DNA from: a virus
Length of the DNA stretch: 64,000 nucleotides
IMG/VR virus record: IMGVR_UViG_3300033047_000025
Coordinates: 2,648 to 66,647 of that record
Reading direction: 5' to 3' (one strand)
The first letter of the stretch is position 1; each line of letters opens with the position of its first letter. A program made the translations under genes and the position numbers. The notes beneath the pieces were generated by a model, which worked only from the letters and a program-made list of their open reading frames with translations, had not been told where the DNA came from and did no database searches. Of the stretch, positions 59,317-64,000 are shown in pieces.

Positions 59317-59547
59317 TTACCCTGTGACCACTCGGATTGCAATGTTGGTCTCGGTGTCTCTTTGCCAACTGGATGTCATGTCGACATCAAGACCACATGA
59401 CCCAACACGGTTGCCATCAGTAGCGAAAATCGCATGGGCCAACTTACCGTGAGCAGATATCTTCTCGGATGCTGCTCGGAGGATTCTCGCAATCTCCATG
59501 GGTTCCGTGGCGGTCACTTGAAGGCGGAAGGACGGGCTACTCTGCAT
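59317..59547 (-). CDS. hypothetical protein
   Basis: EIARILR...DGNRVG motif. Confidence 0.65.
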   Translation of the reverse strand: MQSSPSFRLQVTATEPMEIARILRAASEKISAHGKLAHAIFATDGNRVGSCGLDVDMTSSWQRDTETNIAIRVVTG

Positions 59548-59812
59548 CGGTCTCCCCCATGAAGCAGGCTGCCGCGCACGCGGCGATGACGATGAAGGTC
59601 AGGTAGAGCGACAGCTCGAACAGTGTTGTGGTTAGGTCCATGGGAGCAGTATCGGGCAATGGGGCTTTTGGCTTGAGACAAAAAACGCCCCGGCTGGTGC
59701 TGATACACCGACCGGGCCCATGTCATCAGTCACCCTGGAAAGGCTGACTAATCGACGATCATCACAGTAGTGCTCCTTGCGTCAAAATCTGGAAACCAGA
59801 CTCTGAAATCCC

Positions 59813-60085
59813 TCACTCGATAAACCCCAACGCTGCAGCGGCAGACCCTAGTCCATTATCCCGGTCGTAGAGGGCCGGGGAGAACTCGTCACCACTAAGG
59901 TCGACTTTCATTACACGGCCATGAACGTAATCGAAGTAAGTGGTATCTTCGAGCAGAGTGTTGGCATGATCTTCCGTCATGTCCTCAGGAGTGAAGTGCA
60001 GCAGGCCGAGACCCTGCGGCTTAGCTGCGTTGTAGAGTGCAGCTAGGGTCTTGGCCTTGTTGCCCTTGATTTTGAGTTCGGTCAT
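59813..60085 (-). CDS. conserved-looking hypothetical protein
   Basis: LAALYNAAKPQGLG, YFDYVHGRVMKVDLS and LYDRDNG motifs. Confidence 0.8.
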   Translation of the reverse strand: MTELKIKGNKAKTLAALYNAAKPQGLGLLHFTPEDMTEDHANTLLEDTTYFDYVHGRVMKVDLSGDEFSPALYDRDNGLGSAAAALGFIE

Positions 60086-60265
60086 GTGTTTTCGCCCTTG
60101 CGTCTTCGAGAAGGTGTCTGGCTCTAGCTCTGTTGGACGATCTACTTTGAGGCGTCTCATTGCATTGTTGGAGGTAAAAGTGTCTTAGAGAGCCCCTTAC
60201 GGGGGCCAGTCGGGCAGTTTGTCGACCGATGGGGATGCCATCGGGGGTTCGGGTGCCGGCCGTCG

Positions 60266-60607
60266 TCAGCTTCGGATGGTAGGGAGGTGAGGGGTTGGAG
60301 TCAAGAGGATTTCTTGTTGCCGCTCAATCTGGTGCATGGCGGTCTCCATGCGGATGATGGCGGACATGATGGCGGAAACGTGTTCGGCAAGTCGGGCTAG
60401 GGTGGCGTTTTCGTCCACCTTCTCCACCTTGGCTCGCGCCACGCACCTGTAGCAGATGTCGCTAGTGTTGCCGGGTTGCGTCCTATCGATGGGGAACCTG
60501 TTGTGGTTTCGGGACAGCTTGCAGACTGCACAGGTGGACATGACCTTGGCTTTTATAGATGGTCGACCCTCGAAAATTGGCTTGTTCATGGGGAGTGACT
60601 TTGTCAC
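60266..60607 (-). CDS. hypothetical zinc-finger plus coiled-coil protein
   Basis: CAVC...CYRC. Confidence 0.6.
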   Translation of the reverse strand: MTKSLPMNKPIFEGRPSIKAKVMSTCAVCKLSRNHNRFPIDRTQPGNTSDICYRCVARAKVEKVDENATLARLAEHVSAIMSAIIRMETAMHQIERQQEILLTPTPHLPTIRS

Positions 60608-60689
60608 AGGGAAATCAAGGGAGATAACCTATCTGGGTGATTTTGACCCTTACCGACCAAGTCGAAGGAACTAAGTCGGCAAAAAGGGT

Positions 60690-61030
60690 CATGTAAGTCT
60701 ATATATGGTAAGTGGTTATGAGCGACCCTTGCAGGCGTGGCAAAAAGTGTTTGACGTAAGTGTATTGGTATAAGCATGTTAGATGCTTACTTCCCTCAAA
60801 TCCTTTAGAATTGGCTGTTGCACAGATCCTGGTGGTGTCGGGATAGGGGTATGGGGGTTGAAGTGGCCCTAAGGAAGGAACTATGGGGTCTAAATAAGTA
60901 ATGTATATATGTACTCTACTCTCTCTCTCTCTCTCTCTATTCTCTATATAGAGACTTAAGTCCTTTATTTACAAGAGTTTACATCATTCTCTATTTCTTT
61001 AGATGATAAATAAAGAAGATGAGATTGCCG
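60690..61030. other. AT-rich non-coding region, candidate replication origin
   Basis: Lies between divergent gene blocks; (CT)n tract, TATATA runs, repeated TAAGT...TTA motifs. Confidence 0.45.
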
Positions 61031-61207
61031 GGGATACTTATCGACCATTCGGGGCAAATCCTACTTTTCGGCAAACCACTCCTAAAGCACTGCTAGTAAT
61101 TGGATTACGTCAGAATCTGGCTTTCCCTTTTGGGTCGGGAACGCTTGGTCGATAAGCATAGACCGATTTCTTCTCGATTCGGCCAAGACAAAATGGGCAG
61201 TTCTTGC

Positions 61208-61235
61208 TTGACCCAGATCGCTGGGGAGGTATGGT
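61208..61235 (+). promoter_or_regulatory. sigma70-type promoter, probably giving a leaderless GTG start at 61243
   Basis: TTGACC-N16-TATGGT. Confidence 0.45.
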
Positions 61236-61242
61236 CTGGGGC

Positions 61243-61662
61243 GTGAACAAGAAGCAAGTATTGGAAGCCATAACGCCAACCATGATTCGGGAGGCCGCAA
61301 GAGTGGTTGTGTCCGTAGACAGAGAGGAGGCGAGGAAATGGGCAGAACTCATGACGACTGAGGGTAGCAATCCAGTCGGTTGACCTGCCTACATTCTGAG
61401 CCAGTTGGTTCTGAAGCCATCATACGTAGACATAGCCCAAGCGAACAGCATGATGCTTCGCATCATTAGCGATGCGATCAGTGCTAGGGTGGAGATGTCC
61501 ATAGGGAGCAACACAGCGAAGATGATCAAGGATGATCGTAACTGCAGCTCAGCCAACCCCTTCTCATACTACATGGCGTTCCATAATTATGCGGGTCAGA
61601 GTATCATCCACGATGAACTGATTCTATGGGCCGACCGAGTGGAGGCTAGCCATGTATCTTAA
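61243..61662 (+). CDS. putative selenoprotein A (about 139 aa, in-frame TGA at codon 47, context PVG-U-PA)
   Basis: VNKKQVLEA...NPVG*PAYILSQLVLKP... continuous with ORF 61405..61662; TGA at 61381-61383; alternative start ATG 61231. Confidence 0.75.
61394..61415 (+). promoter_or_regulatory. bacterial SECIS-like hairpin
   Basis: UUC-U-GAGCC-AGUU-GGUUC-U-GAA; loop GU at +21/+22. Confidence 0.65.
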
Positions 61663-61984
61663 GCCAACATCGAGGGATCTCCATGATTGCGCGGACTACC
61701 TGGACGATCTGACTGAAGAAGAAGCTTCGTCTGTTGCGCAATCTTTCTGGGTGGAGCGAGGAGATGTCAATTTCCCGGAGGATTCAGTCCTAGATGAGAT
61801 CGTTTGACCAGCTAGGTTTCTGGCGACCCGTGTGGTTTCCTGCAAGATGGATGGGTATGAGAGAGATTCAGACATGCTTAGATTCTTGTCTGAACGCATC
61901 AAACCTCGATATTTCGAGATGCTAGATGATTCGAAGAATGAGCTGGCTAAGTTGATCAGGGAGCTAGGGGACAAGTATGAGTAA
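61652..61984 (+). CDS. putative selenoprotein B (110 aa, in-frame TGA at codon 52, context EIV-U-PA)
   Basis: GGAGG SD at 61641, ATG 61652; TGA at 61805-61807; frame stays open to TAA 61984, overlapping the MazG-like start. Confidence 0.75.
61822..61840 (+). promoter_or_regulatory. bacterial SECIS-like hairpin (weaker)
   Basis: GG-C-GACC-CGUGU-GGUU-U-CC; loop GU at +23/+24. Confidence 0.5.
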
Positions 61985-62303
61985 GATCACGAACAATGAG
62001 TTTGCAATGTCCGTAGACCGGACCCGCAACGCACACTCTTCTCAGAAGGAATTGATCTGCAACTACTCAATGGGTCTGGCGGGGGAGACCGGGGAGGCTG
62101 TCGATATCATGAAGAAGTACTGCTTCCATGGATCCGGCCTGAATGCCGACCACTTCCGAGAGGAGATGGGCGACGTCCTGTTCTATCTTGTGGGGCTGCT
62201 TAACGCGCTCGGTATGACAGTCGAGGAGTGCATGGAGGACAACAAGCTGAAGCTTGAGAGGCGTTATCCAACTGGGTTTACAGAAGGAGGAGGTGTAAGG
62301 TGA
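61977..62303 (+). CDS. MazG-like nucleotide pyrophosphohydrolase
   Basis: GLAGETGEAVD..KK, EEMGDVLFY and N..KL.RRYP.GF motifs. Confidence 0.92.
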   Translation: MSKITNNEFAMSVDRTRNAHSSQKELICNYSMGLAGETGEAVDIMKKYCFHGSGLNADHFREEMGDVLFYLVGLLNALGMTVEECMEDNKLKLERRYPTGFTEGGGVR

Positions 62304-62459
62304 AAGACTGGACGAATACAGCGATGGCTGCGGCAGACCGAGACAGCGGGTAACCTTATGGAGAACACGAGAACGGAAGTTCTGGCCACTTTGCTCCGCA
62401 GCAAGCGTGGCAGGTATGCAAACTTGATTGGAGCCGATTCGATCGGCGCCAACCTGACC

Positions 62460-62568
62460 AAAGAAAGTTTTCGAGAAAGGTCGCAAGATCGTTGATCGGT
62501 CAGTCGATGACCCTACTCTTCATGGGTCGGGCGTAGCGACATTGTTACTGGTCGACGAGACACAAGAC
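62460..62568 (+). repeat. 109-bp direct repeat, copy 1
   Basis: Identical to 63314-63422; contains TTGATC-N16-TACTCT. Confidence 0.95.
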
Positions 62569-62817
62569 GATGACGAAAGTCCTAGCAACTTTTCTACGAG
62601 GGAGGTGATGACGTCTCGATCGAATAGTTTCTTAATTCCCTACACAAATCCTGCAAATGCAGATCGTAAAGTGAAAAAAGTCAAACGATTTGTAAAAAAT
62701 CCCGACCTCCTTAGGGAAAGTCGTCAATAGGGGGTTTCAAGCCTAGCTTTGAGACGCGAAGAGGGATTGCGCGTGAGCGTACGGGAATAATTCCCTAGGG
62801 AAAATATGCCGATACAC

Positions 62818-62950
62818 ACCTGTTACACCCTAACACCTGTTAGCCTAACGGATCACTGTGTTAGGGTAACGTATGGCTAACCTAACGGATCACGAACTAC
62901 CCTAACGCCCGTTAGCCTAACATGTCGCGAACCTAACAGATGTCTAACGA
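62818..62950. repeat. CTAAC/GTTAG short-repeat cluster
   Basis: About eight CTAAC and three GTTAG; CCTAACGGATCAC occurs twice. Confidence 0.8.
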
Positions 62951-63313
62951 ACCGAACAGGACACGAACAACCACAACACCAACCTGATTCGGTCGTGCCG
63001 TAGTCTATTCTCGTGCGCCGTGTCGGGCGTTTTTGCGTTGTGTCATTTTGTCATGTATGCCATCTTGTCATGGTTACTTCGGTGCGAATACTAAGGTGAT
63101 TACGCACCGACTTATTCATCGTTCACAGGTAGGGCGGGAAGTGAAGGAAAAAGCAGGAATCCGTGTCGGGAAATGTTGCCGAGATCGCTTGTGTTCGATG
63201 ATCGGCATCGAATGCATGCTATCGCATTGCCTACCGGGTATCGTGCGTTAGAGGGGACGCTATGGCGGTCTGGCGGTGATTCGGGTGTTCTTCCTTGGTT
63301 TGCGATCTTCGGG

Positions 63314-63422
63314 AAAGAAAGTTTTCGAGAAAGGTCGCAAGATCGTTGATCGGTCAGTCGATGACCCTACTCTTCATGGGTCGGGCGTAGCGACATTGTT
63401 ACTGGTCGACGAGACACAAGAC
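63314..63422 (+). repeat. 109-bp direct repeat, copy 2 (promoter/leader of the pentapeptide-repeat gene)
   Basis: Identical to 62460-62568. Confidence 0.95.
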
Positions 63423-63438
63423 AGCAAGAGGCAAGACG

Positions 63439-64000
63439 ATGACGAACATGCTAACTAACGAGATCAAGAAAGTTTTGGCGGATCATGCTAAATGGTTGTC
63501 CTACAACGGCGGTCAACGTGCCAATCTTCACGGCGCCGACCTTCACGGCGTCAGTCTGACCGGCGCCGATCTTCACGGCGCCAATCTGACCGGCGCCAAC
63601 CTGACCGGCGCCAATCTGATCGGCGCCGACCTTCACGACGCCAATCTGACCGCAACCAGACTAATCGGCGCCAATCTGACCGGCGTCAACCTAACCTACG
63701 CCGACTTGATCGACGCCAACCTGACCGGCGCCGATCTTCACGGCGCCAATCTGACCGGCGCCAACCTGACCGGCGCCAATCTGATCGGCGCCGATCTTCA
63801 CGACGCCAATCTGACCGGCGCCAACCTAACCTACGCCGACTTGATCGACGCCGACCTAACCAACGTCAACCTGACCGGCGTCAACCTGACCGGCGCCAAT
63901 CTGACCGGCGCCAATCTGACCGGCACTAGGATTCTATCCGGTCACTCCGACTACGAATGGCACACTGTTCCTGGCCATGACGGCAGGATTCTACACTATG
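63439..64000 (+). CDS. pentapeptide-repeat protein, runs off the window end
   Basis: MTNMLTNEIKKVLADHAKWLSYNGGQR followed by many A(N/D)LxG repeats; no stop before 64000, so absent from the ORF track. Confidence 0.93.
   Translation, partial: MTNMLTNEIKKVLADHAKWLSYNGGQRANLHGADLHGVSLTGADLHGANLTGANLTGANLIGADLHDANLTATRLIGANLTGVNLTYADLIDANLTGADLHGANLTGANLTGANLIGADLHDANLTGANLTYADLIDADLTNVNLTGVNLTGANLTGANLTGTRILSGHSDYEWHTVPGHDGRILHY

Noticed and set aside
62460-63422. Diversity-generating retroelement template/variable repeat pair
   Set aside because: The copies are identical and non-coding, there are no adenine-specific mismatches, and no reverse transcriptase gene is visible.
63492-63929. Arg/Gln-rich repeat ORF from the track, and 63451..63636(-)
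   Set aside because: These are shadow frames of the pentapeptide-repeat gene that starts at 63439.
1-64000. Genome-wide TGA reassignment (code 4 or 25)
   Set aside because: Many genes end in TGA with ATGA/GTGA coupling, and long conserved genes have no internal TGA. Only the four Pro-Ala/hairpin sites look read through.
63990-64000. Window end joins window start in frame (..ILHY-V-CEIEH..), suggesting an exactly circular 64-kb genome
   Set aside because: An in-frame join has about a one-in-three chance, the window length is arbitrary, and the only overlap is 4 nt.

Overview
Nearly complete genome of a tailed dsDNA phage with siphovirus architecture. It contains a small-gene and nucleotide-metabolism block (1.8-10 kb) and a contiguous morphogenesis operon (10.1-39.6 kb): terminase, portal, scaffold, P22-coat-like capsid, neck, tail tube, frameshifted tail chaperone, tape measure, GTA-like tail tip and fibre. 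A leftward replication/recombination block follows (39.6-60.6 kb): RusA, Cas4-like nuclease, SSB, Sak4-like ATPase, Prim-Pol, SF2 helicase, ThyX and a DNA MTase. Repeat-rich non-coding regions lie at 1.1-1.8, 60.7-61.1 and 62.5-63.4 kb. No integrase, endolysin, CRISPR array or sel genes were recognised. The main finding is four small genes that the ORF track missed or split (55917-56285 -, 58475-58798 -, 61243-61662 +, 61652-61984 +). Each has one in-frame TGA followed by Pro-Ala codons and by a hairpin with a GU-containing loop 21-24 nt downstream, the geometry of a bacterial SECIS. This points to a set of phage-encoded selenoproteins with a shared U-P-A motif. Also notable are a tRNA-like element lacking an anticodon arm, a structured capsid leader with twin loops, a head-module protein with tandem SGNH/SASA esterase domains and a tandem-duplicated tail terminator. 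All family assignments come from motif recognition by eye, not database searches.
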